From Escherichia phage Ebrios, in sequence record MG966531: a stretch of DNA of 39,752 bases; one strand, 5' to 3'. Below, piece by piece: positions 17,405-27,194 of the stretch. How positions within the stretch are numbered: position 1 is the first letter of the stretch; every line of letters begins with the position of its first letter. Both the position numbers and the translations under genes were made by a program. The notes under the pieces are model-generated. The model did not search any database. It saw only the letters and a list, made by a program, of their open reading frames with translations, and was not told the DNA's origin.

Positions 17405-18318
17405 TGGCTGTACTGAGTCTCAAAGAGTTCCGCGATATTCGCGAAGGCTGTGACGATAAGGGCATCCTTGTGATGGATGGCGACTGGCTGGTCTTTCAGG
17501 CAATGAGTGCCGCTGAGTTCGATGCCTCTTGGGAGGAGGAGATTTGGCACCGCTGCTGTGACCACGCTAAGGCCCGCCAGATTCTTGACGATTCCATCAA
17601 GTCCTACTCAACCCGCAAGAAGGCGTGGAACGGTGCGCCTATCGTTCTCTCCTTTACGGACACCATCAACTGGCGTAAGGAGCTGGTTGACCCGACATAC
17701 AAGGAGAACCGTAAGGCCACCAAGAAGCCTGTTGGCTACTTCGAGTTCCTTGACGCCCTGTTCGAGCGCCATGAGTTCTACTGTGTGCGCGAGGACATGC
17801 TGGAAGGTGATGACGTTATGGGCATCATTGGGTCTAACCCAAGTGCCTTTGGCGCCCGCAAGGCGGTCATTATCTCCTGCGACAAGGACTTCAAGACCAT
17901 CCCTGACTGCGATTTCCTGTGGTGTACCACTGGGAACATCCTGACCCAGACCCAAGAGTCCGCCGATTGGTGGCACCTGTTCCAGACCATCAAAGGTGAC
18001 ATCACCGATGGCTACTCTGGGATTGCTGGCTGGGGTGACTCCGCTGAGGGCTTCCTCAATGACCCGTTCATAACCGAGCCTCAAGTCTCCGTATTGAAGT
18101 CCGGTAAGAACAAAGGGCAGGAGGTCACGAAGTGGGTCAAACGCGCTCCTACCGAATCTGAGACGCTGTGGGACTGCATCGTGTCAATCGGTGCGAAAGC
18201 TGGGATGACCGAGGAGGATGTCATTAAGCAAGGCCAGATGGCCCGCATCCTTCGGTTCAACGACTACAACATCGACACCAAGGAGATTACGCTATGGAGA
18301 CCTTCGGCATCGTTCTGA
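17404..18318 (+). CDS. 6: Gene 6 5'-3' exonuclease
   Basis: ...REGCDDKGILVMDGDWLVFQAMSAAEFDASWEEEIWHRCCDHAKARQIL.DSIKSY... as in T7 gp6. Confidence 0.95.
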   Translation: MAVLSLKEFRDIREGCDDKGILVMDGDWLVFQAMSAAEFDASWEEEIWHRCCDHAKARQILDDSIKSYSTRKKAWNGAPIVLSFTDTINWRKELVDPTYKENRKATKKPVGYFEFLDALFERHEFYCVREDMLEGDDVMGIIGSNPSAFGARKAVIISCDKDFKTIPDCDFLWCTTGNILTQTQESADWWHLFQTIKGDITDGYSGIAGWGDSAEGFLNDPFITEPQVSVLKSGKNKGQEVTKWVKRAPTESETLWDCIVSIGAKAGMTEEDVIKQGQMARILRFNDYNIDTKEITLWRPSASF

Positions 18319-18350
18319 TAGTCGGCCTTGTGGCATTGCCGTATGTGTTG

Positions 18351-18404
18351 ATGATTTTCAAAACTGTCAAGTTCTTCAACGCAATGTCTAAGATTAAGTG
18401 GTAA
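18351..18404 (+). CDS. Possible gene 6.3-like micro-ORF
   Basis: MIFKTVKFFNAMSKIKW (17 aa), or 24 aa from the GTG at 18330; no clear RBS; call is by position only. Confidence 0.25.
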   Translation: MIFKTVKFFNAMSKIKW

Positions 18405-18475
18405 ACTCAAGGCCCTTATCGAGTCCGAAATTAATACGACTCACTATAGGAGATAGGGGCCTTTATGATTATTAC
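18404..18475 (+). promoter_or_regulatory. RNase III processing hairpin (R6.5-like) with embedded phi6.5 promoter
   Basis: aactcaaggccc...taatacgactcactatagg...ggggcctttatgatt: the hairpin arms flank the promoter. Confidence 0.6.
18432..18454 (+). promoter_or_regulatory. Phage promoter phi6.5 (class III)
   Basis: TAATACGACTCACTATAGGAGAT. Confidence 0.85.
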
Positions 18476-18518
18476 TTAAAGACCTTTAAGGTTTAACTTA
18501 GAGTGAGGAATCATTATC

Positions 18519-18767
18519 ATGTTAAAACCAATCCAACACTTTATGAATCACCCTGAGGATGTACCCGATGTGCCCCTAGCGGTCACTGAGTACCTACAGG
18601 TTCGATTCAACTATACGTACCTCGAAGCAACCGGTCACATTGGTCATATGCGAGCCTCTGGCTGTAGCGAAGCGCACATCCTTGGGTTCATACAAGGGCT
18701 GCAATACGCGGCCAACGTGATTGACGAAATCGAGTTGCGTAAGGAGCAACTGAACGAGGAGGAATAG
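18519..18767 (+). CDS. 6.5: Gene 6.5 protein
   Basis: 82-aa ORF, first gene after phi6.5; RBS GAGTGAGGAA. Confidence 0.65.
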   Translation: MLKPIQHFMNHPEDVPDVPLAVTEYLQVRFNYTYLEATGHIGHMRASGCSEAHILGFIQGLQYAANVIDEIELRKEQLNEEE

Positions 18768-18770
18768 GCT

Positions 18771-19022
18771 ATGTGCTTTTCGCCTAAGATTAAAGTCCCT
18801 CAGATGAACGTGGAGAAGGCCCCTGAGCCAGCACCGCTGACCGAGCTGCCAACTGGGGTAGAGTTTGGTGGTGATACTCCTACCGATGGGACTGAGGAGG
18901 AATCCGGTCGTAAGGCCCTCAAGGTCGAACGGAAGGAGACTTCGATGACCAAGCCAAAGAGTGGCCCTAGTGGTAGCATGAAGTCAACAATCCGTAAGTC
19001 CGCATTTGGGGGTGCTAAGTGA
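18771..19022 (+). CDS. 6.7: Gene 6.7 small virion protein
   Basis: 83 aa (T7 gp6.7 is about 88 aa); basic C-terminus. Confidence 0.7.
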   Translation: MCFSPKIKVPQMNVEKAPEPAPLTELPTGVEFGGDTPTDGTEEESGRKALKVERKETSMTKPKSGPSGSMKSTIRKSAFGGAK

Positions 19023-19432
19023 TGACCAAGAAGCGGTTCGTTAGTGTAGAGGCGGTCAGTCGCTTCCACGCGATTATGTGGACTGTGCAGCACCTTGGGG
19101 TGCCAACTGGGTTCCGCGACTTCTGGGATTACGAAGGATACGTCAATACCCTCATGGACGCTGCTGGGTTCGAGGAGGAGTACATAATGGACTCCACTAC
19201 TGGCAACTTGGTGGCCTACTTCGCGTGGTGTGTCAGTAACGACATCCACCACAAGGGAGACATTATGGACGTGACGAACTTGGTTATTGCCCCAGAGTTC
19301 GAGTCGCGGGAACTCCATAGGTTCCTGAGTGGCCGCTTTAAGGAGCTGGCCGAGCTGAATGGTCTACAATGGGTGTCCCGCTGTAAGCACGACTCTGCGG
19401 GGACAATGAAGGTTTACTTTAAGGAGGTATGA
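19022..19432 (+). CDS. 7: Gene 7 protein (host-range / virion)
   Basis: 136 aa from ATG 19022, which overlaps the 6.7 TGA; by position and size. Confidence 0.75.
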   Translation: MTKKRFVSVEAVSRFHAIMWTVQHLGVPTGFRDFWDYEGYVNTLMDAAGFEEEYIMDSTTGNLVAYFAWCVSNDIHHKGDIMDVTNLVIAPEFESRELHRFLSGRFKELAELNGLQWVSRCKHDSAGTMKVYFKEV

Positions 19433-19435
19433 GTC

Positions 19436-19738
19436 ATGGGTAAGAAAATCACGAAGGCGGTGAAGAAGGTGGTCAGAGAGGTTGCCCGTCCGGTCAAACA
19501 GGCTGCCAAGGAAATTACCCGTCCGATCAAACAGGTTGCTGGCGCTCTGGCAGGTACTCCTGACATGCCTGAGATTGCACCGCCGACACCTTCTGCTGCA
19601 CTGGTCGAAGTTCCTCAACAAGAGGAGGCACAGACCGATACTGATGCTGATACCGCAGCCAGCCGTAAGAAAGCCCGAGCAGGCGGTAAGAAATCGCTGA
19701 GCGTGGCCCGTAGTGCTGGTGGCGGTATAAACATATAA
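19436..19738 (+). CDS. 7.3: Gene 7.3 tail/adsorption protein
   Basis: 100 aa (T7 gp7.3 is about 99 aa); Lys/Ala-rich with internal repeat VARPVKQAAKEITRPIKQVAG. Confidence 0.75.
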   Translation: MGKKITKAVKKVVREVARPVKQAAKEITRPIKQVAGALAGTPDMPEIAPPTPSAALVEVPQQEEAQTDTDADTAASRKKARAGGKKSLSVARSAGGGINI

Positions 19739-19751
19739 AGAGGAGTGACAC

Positions 19752-21362
19752 ATGGCTGAGAAACGCACTGGCTTTGCCGAGGAGGGCGCGAAGTCCGTGT
19801 ACGAACGCTTGAAGAACGACCGTGCTCCCTATGAGACACGAGCCGAGAACTGTGCGAAGTACACCATTCCGTCCCTCTTTCCGAAAGACTCAGATAACGC
19901 ATCGACTGACTACACGACTCCGTGGCAAGCGGTAGGTGCCCGTGGTCTGAACAACCTAGCGTCTAAGCTCATGCTTGCGCTGTTCCCGATGCAGACGTGG
20001 ATGAAGCTGACTATCTCCGAGTTTGAAGCCAAGCAACTGTTAGGAGACCCCGAAGGTCTCGCCAAGGTTGACGAAGGACTCTCGATGGTCGAGCGAATCA
20101 TTATGAACTACATCGAATCCAATAGCTACCGTGTTACCCTCTTTGAGGCCCTTAAGCAACTTGTGGTGGCTGGTAACGTCCTTCTGTACTTACCTGAACC
20201 CGAGGGTGTCTCGTATAACCCGATGAAGCTGTACCGACTGTCTTCTTATGTTGTCCAGAGAGACGCATACGGCAACGTACTTCAAATGGTTACTCGCGAC
20301 CAGATTGCTTTTGGTGCCCTCCCTGAGGATGTTCGCAAGGCTGTAGAGGGCCAAGGTGGCGAGAAGAAGCCTGACGAAATCGTTGACGTTTACACTCACG
20401 TCTACCTTGACGATGAATCTGGCGAATACCTCAGATACGAGGAGGTGGAAGGTAACGAGATTCAGGGCTCTGACGGTTCATACCCGAGGGACGCCTGCCC
20501 GTACATTCCGATTCGCATGGTTCGTCTGGATGGTGAATCCTATGGCCGCTCCTACATTGAGGAGTACCTTGGGGACTTGCGTTCCCTTGAGAACCTTCAA
20601 GAGTCCATCGTGAAGATGTCGATGATTAGCTCCAAGGTCATTGGTCTGGTTAACCCTGCTGGTATCACCCAGCCGCGCAGACTGACCAAAGCCCAAACGG
20701 GTGACTTTGTGACTGGCCGACCGGAGGACATTTCGTTCCTCCAACTGGAAAAGCAAGCAGACTTCTCTGTGGCTAAGGCCGTCAGTGACGCTATCGAGGC
20801 TCGCCTCTCGTTTGCCTTCATGTTGAACTCTGCGGTTCAGCGTACTGGCGAGCGGGTGACTGCCGAGGAAATCCGATACGTTGCGTCCGAACTCGAAGAT
20901 ACTCTTGGCGGTGTCTACTCCATCCTCTCTCAGGAACTCCAATTGCCTCTGGTACGTGTGCTGCTCAAGCAACTCCAAGCAACCCAACAGATTCCTGAGC
21001 TGCCCAAGGAGGCCGTAGAGCCGACCATTAGTACAGGTCTGGAAGCAATCGGTCGGGGCCAAGACCTCGATAAGTTGGAACGCTGTGTGGCCGCTTGGAC
21101 TGCCCTTGCGCCTATGCAGGAAGACCCTGACATTGACGTTGCAGTCATTAAGCTACGAATAGCTAACGCTATCGGTATCGACACGTCTGGCATCCTGCTG
21201 ACTGACGAGCAGAAGCAACAGCGGGCCGCCATGAAGGCTGCTCAGATGGGCATGGACTCCGGTGCTGCTGCACTTGGTCAAGGCATGGCCGCTCAGGCTA
21301 CAGCTTCACCCGAGGCGATGGTCGCTGCTGCCGACTCCGTGGGCCTCAAGGTAGGACTTTAA
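19752..21362 (+). CDS. 8: Gene 8 portal (head-to-tail connector) protein
   Basis: 536 aa, same as T7 gp8; gene order 7.3-8-9. Confidence 0.93.
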   Translation: MAEKRTGFAEEGAKSVYERLKNDRAPYETRAENCAKYTIPSLFPKDSDNASTDYTTPWQAVGARGLNNLASKLMLALFPMQTWMKLTISEFEAKQLLGDPEGLAKVDEGLSMVERIIMNYIESNSYRVTLFEALKQLVVAGNVLLYLPEPEGVSYNPMKLYRLSSYVVQRDAYGNVLQMVTRDQIAFGALPEDVRKAVEGQGGEKKPDEIVDVYTHVYLDDESGEYLRYEEVEGNEIQGSDGSYPRDACPYIPIRMVRLDGESYGRSYIEEYLGDLRSLENLQESIVKMSMISSKVIGLVNPAGITQPRRLTKAQTGDFVTGRPEDISFLQLEKQADFSVAKAVSDAIEARLSFAFMLNSAVQRTGERVTAEEIRYVASELEDTLGGVYSILSQELQLPLVRVLLKQLQATQQIPELPKEAVEPTISTGLEAIGRGQDLDKLERCVAAWTALAPMQEDPDIDVAVIKLRIANAIGIDTSGILLTDEQKQQRAAMKAAQMGMDSGAAALGQGMAAQATASPEAMVAAADSVGLKVGL

Positions 21363-21382
21363 TACGACTCACTATAGGGAGA
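21360..21382 (+). promoter_or_regulatory. Phage promoter phi9 (class III)
   Basis: TAATACGACTCACTATAGGGAGA exact consensus, overlapping the gene 8 stop. Confidence 0.9.
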
Positions 21383-21428
21383 CCACACAACGGTTTCCCT
21401 GTAGTTTTAACTTTTAAGGAGATTGATA

Positions 21429-22352
21429 ATGGCTGGTGAATCTAACGCTGACGTTTACGCATCCTTTGGTGTTAACTCTGCTGTGATGACTGGGGACTCT
21501 GTAAGTACCCATGAGCAAAACATGCTGGCTCTTGATGTTGCTGCCCGTGATGGCGATGATGCAATCGAGCTGGGCGAACCGACCGAGCGTGACCTTTATG
21601 ACAACTCTGACCCGTTCGGTCAAGAGGACGACGAAGGTCGCATTCAGGTTCGTATTGGCGAAGACGGTCAGTCCGTTGAAGAAGTCTCCCAAGAGGTTGA
21701 GACTGGTGGTGAACAAGATGGCGAACCAACCGAGTTCACTCCGCTGGGTGATACACCTGAGGCACTGAAAGCTGCCCAAGCGCAACTGGCTGAGCATGAC
21801 GCTGGCTTCCAAGAGATGATTGGCATGGCGATGGAACGTGGCTTGACCGCTGAGACCATCGAGCGAATCCAAGCCGAGTATGACTCCGAAGCTGGTATCT
21901 CTGATAAGTCCTATAAGGAACTCGCTGAGATTGGCTACACCAAGGGTTTCATCGACTCTTACATCCGTGGTCAAGAAGCTCTCGTTGAGCAGTACGTTGC
22001 GGGTATCGTAGAGTACGCTGGTGGTCGTGAGCAATTCGATGCTCTGTACCAGCACCTTGAGAACACCAACCCAGAGGCATCCAAGGCCCTTGAGACTGCC
22101 CTTGAGAACCTTGACGTTGCAACCGTTAAGGCAATCATCAATCTGGCTGGTGAATCCCGTGCGAAGACCTTTGGTCGCAAGCCGACCCGAAGTGTCACTC
22201 AACGTGCTGTCCCTGCGAAACCTCAGGCTCCCAAGAAGGTAGGCTTTGAGTCACGCGCTGAAATGGTCAAAGCAATGAGCGATGTACGCTACAGGACTGA
22301 CGCTAAGTATCGCGCAGAAGTTGAGCAGAAAGTGTGGAACTCCAACTTCTGA
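21429..22352 (+). CDS. 9: Gene 9 capsid assembly (scaffolding) protein
   Basis: MAGESNADVYASFGVNSAVM... and C-terminus ...RYRTDAKYRAEVEQKVWNSNF match T7 gp9; acidic. Confidence 0.92.
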   Translation: MAGESNADVYASFGVNSAVMTGDSVSTHEQNMLALDVAARDGDDAIELGEPTERDLYDNSDPFGQEDDEGRIQVRIGEDGQSVEEVSQEVETGGEQDGEPTEFTPLGDTPEALKAAQAQLAEHDAGFQEMIGMAMERGLTAETIERIQAEYDSEAGISDKSYKELAEIGYTKGFIDSYIRGQEALVEQYVAGIVEYAGGREQFDALYQHLENTNPEASKALETALENLDVATVKAIINLAGESRAKTFGRKPTRSVTQRAVPAKPQAPKKVGFESRAEMVKAMSDVRYRTDAKYRAEVEQKVWNSNF

Positions 22353-22364
22353 CCAACGGTAAAT

Positions 22365-22387
22365 TAATACGACTCACTATAGGGAGA
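22365..22387 (+). promoter_or_regulatory. Phage promoter phi10 (class III)
   Basis: TAATACGACTCACTATAGGGAGA followed by a long leader and RBS AAGGAG before gene 10. Confidence 0.9.
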
Positions 22388-22451
22388 AGGTAATCCGCCG
22401 ACTCCCTGTAATCCAACTTTGAAGTTAACTTTGATAGAAGGAGAATGAACT

Positions 22452-23489
22452 ATGGCTAACATGCAAGGCGGTCAACAACTGGGTACTAACCAAGGCAAGG
22501 GCGCTAACAACGCTGGTGACAAGCTCGCACTGTTCTTGAAGGTATTCGGTGGCGAAGTCCTGACTGCGTTCGCTCGTACCTCTGTGACCACTTCTCGTCA
22601 CATGATGCGCTCCATTTCAAGTGGTAAGTCAGCTCAGTTCCCTGTGCTGGGTCGAACCAATGCGGCCTATTTGGCACCGGGCGCGAACCTCGATGACATC
22701 CGTAAGGATATTCCGCATACCGAGAAGACCATTTCCATTGATGGTCTACTGACTGCGGACGTTCTGATTTACGACATCGAGGACGCAATGAACCACTATG
22801 ATGTTCGCTCTGAGTACACCGCCCAACTTGGTGAGTCTCTGGCGATGGCAGCTGACGGTGCTGTATTGGCTGAAATCGCTGGTCTGTGCAACCTGCCGGA
22901 AGCTACCAACGAGAACATCACTGGTCTTGGCAAGGCAACCATTCTGGAAACCTCTAAGCCGAAGGGCGAGCTGTCTACCCCTGCGGCAATCGGTATCGAA
23001 GTCATTGAGCTGCTGGCCCGTGCCCGCGCTGCTCTGACCAAGAACTACGTTCCGGCTTCCGACCGTGTGTTCTTCTGTGACCCTGACACCTACTCTGCGA
23101 TTCTGTCTTCGCTGATGCCGAACGCTGCGAACTACGCTGCAATCATCGACCCTGAGCGTGGCTCTATCCGCAACGTCATGGGCTTTGAGGTAGTTGAGGT
23201 TCCGCACCTGACCTCTGGTGGTGCTGGCGATAGCCGTGAGGAGCGGGATTCCACCCAGAAGCACCAGTTCCCTGCTACCGTTCAGGGTAACGCCAAGGTT
23301 GCCAAGAGCAACGTTATCGGCCTGTTCATGCACCGCTCTGCGGTAGGTACTGTCAAGCTGAAAGATTTGGCTCTGGAGCGCGCTCGCCGTGCTAACTTCC
23401 AAGCTGACCAAATCATTGCTAAGTACGCTATGGGCCACGGTGGTCTGCGACCGGAAGCTGCTGGTGCCATCGTTTTCAAGGCGGGGTAA
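22452..23489 (+). CDS. 10A: Gene 10A major capsid protein
   Basis: 345 aa; GGQQ.GTNQGKG...GDKLALFLKVFGGEVLTAFARTSVTTSRHM and C-terminus AKYAMGHGGLRPEAAGA.VFK match T7 gp10A. Confidence 0.98.
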   Translation: MANMQGGQQLGTNQGKGANNAGDKLALFLKVFGGEVLTAFARTSVTTSRHMMRSISSGKSAQFPVLGRTNAAYLAPGANLDDIRKDIPHTEKTISIDGLLTADVLIYDIEDAMNHYDVRSEYTAQLGESLAMAADGAVLAEIAGLCNLPEATNENITGLGKATILETSKPKGELSTPAAIGIEVIELLARARAALTKNYVPASDRVFFCDPDTYSAILSSLMPNAANYAAIIDPERGSIRNVMGFEVVEVPHLTSGGAGDSREERDSTQKHQFPATVQGNAKVAKSNVIGLFMHRSAVGTVKLKDLALERARRANFQADQIIAKYAMGHGGLRPEAAGAIVFKAG

Positions 23490-23647
23490 TGCTGGGAGAG
23501 GCCTCAACGGTCGCTGCTAGTACCGAAGAGGTGAGTGTTACTTCAACAGAAGAAACCTTAACGCCAGCACAGAAGGCCGCACGTACCCGCGCTGCTAACA
23601 AAGCCCGAAAGGAAGCTGAGTTGGCTGCTGCCACCGCTGAGCAATAA
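23469..23647 (+). CDS. 10B: Gene 10B C-terminal extension, reached by -1 frameshift near the end of 10A (minor capsid protein)
   Basis: The -1 frame is open from the T-run GTTTTCAAG (23472-23480) to TAA at 23645-23647, encoding ...GVMLGEASTVAAS...TLTPAQKAARTRAANKARKEAELAAATAEQ. Confidence 0.6.
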
Positions 23648-23696
23648 CTAGCATAACCCCTTGGGGCCTCTAAACGGGTCTTGAGGGGTTTTTTCG
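23648..23696 (+). terminator. Tphi late transcription terminator
   Basis: CTAGCATAACCCCTTGGGGCCTCTAAACGGGTCTTGAGGGGTTTTTTCG matches the T7 Tphi sequence almost base for base. Confidence 0.92.
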
Positions 23697-23719
23697 CGTT
23701 AACCACATAAGGAGGCTCT

Positions 23720-24310
23720 ATGCGCTCTTATGACATGAGTGTTGAGACCGCCGCTGAGCTTGCAGCCGTGAACGACATCTTGGCCGCTATCGGTGAACCT
23801 CCGGTATCGACCCTTGAAGGTGACTCGAACGCTGACGTTGCGAACGCCCGCCGGATTCTCAACAAGATTAACCGTCAAGTCCAATCACAGGGCTGGACGT
23901 TCAACATTGAGGAAGGCGTAATGCTTCTCCCTGACGTGTTCTCCAACCTGATTACCTACAGTGACGACTACCTGTCCATTATGTCTCCTTCTGGACAATC
24001 AACCTACGTCAATCGTGGTGGTTACGTCTACGACCGGACTAACCGGACAGACCGCTTCACTGAGGCTATTACCGTAAACCTGATTCGTCTCCGTGAGTTT
24101 GACGAAATGCCAGAGTGCTTCCGCTATTGGATTGTCACTAAGGCGTCCCGTCAGTTCAACAACCGGTTCTTCGGGGCACCAGAAGTAGAAGGTGTCCTCC
24201 AAGAGGAAGAAGACGAAGCACGGCGACTCTGCATGGAGTACGAAATGGACTACGGTGGGTACAACATGCTGGATGGTGATGCGTTCACTTCTGGTCTACT
24301 GACTCGCTAA
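23720..24310 (+). CDS. 11: Gene 11 tail tubular protein A
   Basis: 196 aa, same as T7 gp11; first gene after Tphi; RBS TAAGGAGG. Confidence 0.93.
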   Translation: MRSYDMSVETAAELAAVNDILAAIGEPPVSTLEGDSNADVANARRILNKINRQVQSQGWTFNIEEGVMLLPDVFSNLITYSDDYLSIMSPSGQSTYVNRGGYVYDRTNRTDRFTEAITVNLIRLREFDEMPECFRYWIVTKASRQFNNRFFGAPEVEGVLQEEEDEARRLCMEYEMDYGGYNMLDGDAFTSGLLTR

Positions 24311-24321
24311 TAGGAGGCACT

Positions 24322-26703
24322 ATGGCTCTAATTTCTCAAGCCATTAAGAACTTGAAGGGTGGTATCAGCCAACAGCCTGACATCCTTCGCTATCCCGACC
24401 AAGGCTCTCGCCAAGTCAATGGGTGGTCTTCGGAGTCTGAGGGTCTTCAAAAGCGCCCTCCTATGGTGTTCATCAAGACCCTTGGCGACCAAGCCGCTTT
24501 GGGTAAGTCTCCGTACATCCACTTGATTAACCGTGACGAATACGAGCGGTACTACGTTGTGTTCACTGGTAGCGGTATCCGAGTGTTCGACCTTGCTGGT
24601 AACGAGAAGGCTGTCCGGTACAGCGCGAACAAATCATACATCACCACGGCCACTCCAAGGGAAGACCTTCGGATGGTAACGGTGGCTGACTACACGTTCA
24701 TCGTGAACAGGAACTACACTGTTGCTTCCGGCGGTTCCATCAACATGCACGGGTTCAACCCTAAGCAGGACGCCTTGATTAACGTTCGAGGTGGCCAGTA
24801 TGGACGAACTCTGCAAGTGATGATTAACGGTGGCACTCAGGCGACCTACCGGATTCCAAATGGTGACAACCCTACGCACGTTCAGAATACCGATGCCCAA
24901 TGGCTGGCAGAGGAGCTAGCCAAACAGTTGCGAGTCAACCTCCCTGCGTGGTCATTCACAGTCGGCCAAGGGTACATCCACATCGTGGCCCCTGCTGGTC
25001 AACAGATTGATTCCCTTGTGACGAAGGATGGTTACGCTGACCAGCTAATCAGTCCCGTGACTCACTACGCCCAGACCTTCACTAAGTTGCCGCTCAACGC
25101 TCCCGATGGGTACATCGTGAAGATTGTTGGGGACACCGCTAAGTCTGCCGACCAGTATTACGTGAAGTACGATGCGTCCCGTAAGGTCTGGTCTGAGGTT
25201 GTTGGGTGGAACGTGGAGGTTAACCTTCGGGCCGAGACGATGCCACATGCGCTCGTTCGGGCTGCTGATGGTAACTTCGAGTTCAAGACGCTGAGCTGGT
25301 CTGACCGGAAGTGCGGTGACAACGACACTAACCCGTGGCCCTCATTTGTTGACTCGACCATCAACGATGTGTTCTTCTTCCGTAACCGTCTGGGCTTCCT
25401 GACTGGCGAGAACATCGTGCTCAGTCGAACCGGTAAATACTTCAACTTCTTCCCTGCGTCCGTTGCGAACCTTAGCGATGATGACCCGATTGACGTTGCT
25501 GTGAGTGTGAACCGGATTTCCATCTTGAAGTACGCCGTTCCGTTCTCTGAGGAGCTGCTGATTTGGTCTGACGAGACTCAGTTCGTGTTGACCTCTGCGG
25601 GAACCTTAACGTCCCGTTCGGTTGAGCTGAACCTGACCACTCAGTTCGATGTGCAAGACCGAGCTCGTCCCTACGGGATTGGTCGTAACGTGTACTTTGC
25701 GAGCCCACGGTCTAGCTTTACGTCCATCAGCCGTTACTATGCGGTGCAGGATGTAAGTTCCGTGAAGAACGCCGAGGACATTACCGCCCACGTCCCGAAC
25801 TACATCCCGAATGGTGTGTTCGCCATCTGTGGCTCTGGAACCGAGAACTTCTGCTCAGTGCTGACCGATGGAGACCCTAGCAAGATTTTCATCTACAAGT
25901 TCCTGTACCTCAACGAGGAGCTTCGCCAACAGTCTTGGTCTCACTGGGACTTTGGGCCGAACGTTCAGGTACTCGCTTGTCAAGCTATCGGGTCTGACAT
26001 GTACGTGGTGATGCGGAACCAATATAACACCTTTATGTCTCGAATATCTTTCACTAAGAACGCCATCGACATCGTTGGGGAGCCTTACCGAGCCTATCTG
26101 GACTTCAAGGTTGCCTACACGATTCCCGCTGGTACTTACAACGATGATACCTACGAGACAACAATCAATCTCTCGACCATCTACGGTGCTCGTTTTGACC
26201 GTGGTGAGGTGACTCTTCTGGAGCCTGATGGTCGTTCCCACACCTTTGAAGACCCCGATGGCGGCTGGGCCAATGAGCCGCTGATTCGCCTAACGGGTAA
26301 CATGGAGGGCAAGAGGGTGTTCCTTGGTTTCAACTTCGCGTTCGTCTATGAGTTCTCGAAGTTCCTCATTAAGCAGACCGCCGATGACGGTTCAACCGCT
26401 ACCGAGGACATTGGGCGACTCCAACTGCGAAGGGCATGGGTGAACTACGAGGACTCTGGCACCTTCGACATCTACGTGGAGAACCAATCGTCAAACTGGA
26501 AGTACACGATGGCTGGTGGCCGCTTGGGCTCCAACTCGCTGAGGGCCAGTAAGTTGAACCTTGGCACGGGCCAGTACCGATTCCCTGTAGCGGGGAACGC
26601 CAAGTTCACTACGGTCTTCATCACGTCTGACGAGGCCACACCGCTGAACGTTATCGGCTGTGGCTGGGAAGGCAACTACCTGCGCCGGAGTTCCGGCATC
26701 TAA
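24322..26703 (+). CDS. 12: Gene 12 tail tubular protein B
   Basis: 793 aa (T7 gp12 is about 794 aa); RBS TAGGAGG. Confidence 0.93.
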   Translation: MALISQAIKNLKGGISQQPDILRYPDQGSRQVNGWSSESEGLQKRPPMVFIKTLGDQAALGKSPYIHLINRDEYERYYVVFTGSGIRVFDLAGNEKAVRYSANKSYITTATPREDLRMVTVADYTFIVNRNYTVASGGSINMHGFNPKQDALINVRGGQYGRTLQVMINGGTQATYRIPNGDNPTHVQNTDAQWLAEELAKQLRVNLPAWSFTVGQGYIHIVAPAGQQIDSLVTKDGYADQLISPVTHYAQTFTKLPLNAPDGYIVKIVGDTAKSADQYYVKYDASRKVWSEVVGWNVEVNLRAETMPHALVRAADGNFEFKTLSWSDRKCGDNDTNPWPSFVDSTINDVFFFRNRLGFLTGENIVLSRTGKYFNFFPASVANLSDDDPIDVAVSVNRISILKYAVPFSEELLIWSDETQFVLTSAGTLTSRSVELNLTTQFDVQDRARPYGIGRNVYFASPRSSFTSISRYYAVQDVSSVKNAEDITAHVPNYIPNGVFAICGSGTENFCSVLTDGDPSKIFIYKFLYLNEELRQQSWSHWDFGPNVQVLACQAIGSDMYVVMRNQYNTFMSRISFTKNAIDIVGEPYRAYLDFKVAYTIPAGTYNDDTYETTINLSTIYGARFDRGEVTLLEPDGRSHTFEDPDGGWANEPLIRLTGNMEGKRVFLGFNFAFVYEFSKFLIKQTADDGSTATEDIGRLQLRRAWVNYEDSGTFDIYVENQSSNWKYTMAGGRLGSNSLRASKLNLGTGQYRFPVAGNAKFTTVFITSDEATPLNVIGCGWEGNYLRRSSGI

Positions 26704-26731
26704 CAGTTTCTCCCTGTAGTTGGGTCAAGAT

Positions 26732-26754
26732 TAATTCGACTCACTATAGGGAGA
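26732..26754 (+). promoter_or_regulatory. Phage promoter phi13 (variant, T at -13)
   Basis: TAATTCGACTCACTATAGGGAGA followed by ACAATACGACTACGGGGAGGG as in the T7 phi13 leader. Confidence 0.75.
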
Positions 26755-26782
26755 ACAATACGACTACGGGGAGGGTTTCTTA

Positions 26783-27190
26783 ATGTTCATCCGTAACACT
26801 ACACCTAACGATTTCACTATGTTCACTCCGGCCTACCATGACATTCTTGAGGCTAAGGCTATGGGCATCACCCCAAGTTTCCCTGACGCTTCCGAGTGTG
26901 TCACGCTAGACCACGGTGGAACTCCTCTGGCTATCGGAGGTAACTGCGGCGACCAATGCTGGTTCGTGACGAGCGACCAAGCGTGGAAGCTCTCAAGGAA
27001 AGACAAGATGCGTTTCCGTAAGGCAATCATGGAGTACCGCGATAAGATGCTTGAGAAGTACCCTGTGCTCTGGAATTACGTGTGGGTAGGCAATACCACT
27101 CACATTAGGTTCCTCAAGACTATCGGAGCGGTGTTCCATGAAGAATACACTCGTGATGGTCAGTTTAAACTATTCACGATAAGGAGGTGA
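26783..27190 (+). CDS. 13: Gene 13 internal virion protein A
   Basis: 135 aa (T7 gp13 is about 138 aa), first gene after phi13. Confidence 0.85.
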   Translation: MFIRNTTPNDFTMFTPAYHDILEAKAMGITPSFPDASECVTLDHGGTPLAIGGNCGDQCWFVTSDQAWKLSRKDKMRFRKAIMEYRDKMLEKYPVLWNYVWVGNTTHIRFLKTIGAVFHEEYTRDGQFKLFTIRR

Positions 27191-27194
27191 CGCT

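Noticed and set aside
21414-23507. Minus-strand ORFs of 262 and 253 aa antisense to genes 9 and 10
   Set aside because: Antisense to the most highly expressed structural genes; low-complexity translations; no expression signals.
26755-26775. Second promoter-like element CAATACGACTACGGGGAGGG after phi13
   Set aside because: It lacks the CACTATA core; it is part of the conserved phi13 leader, not an independent promoter.
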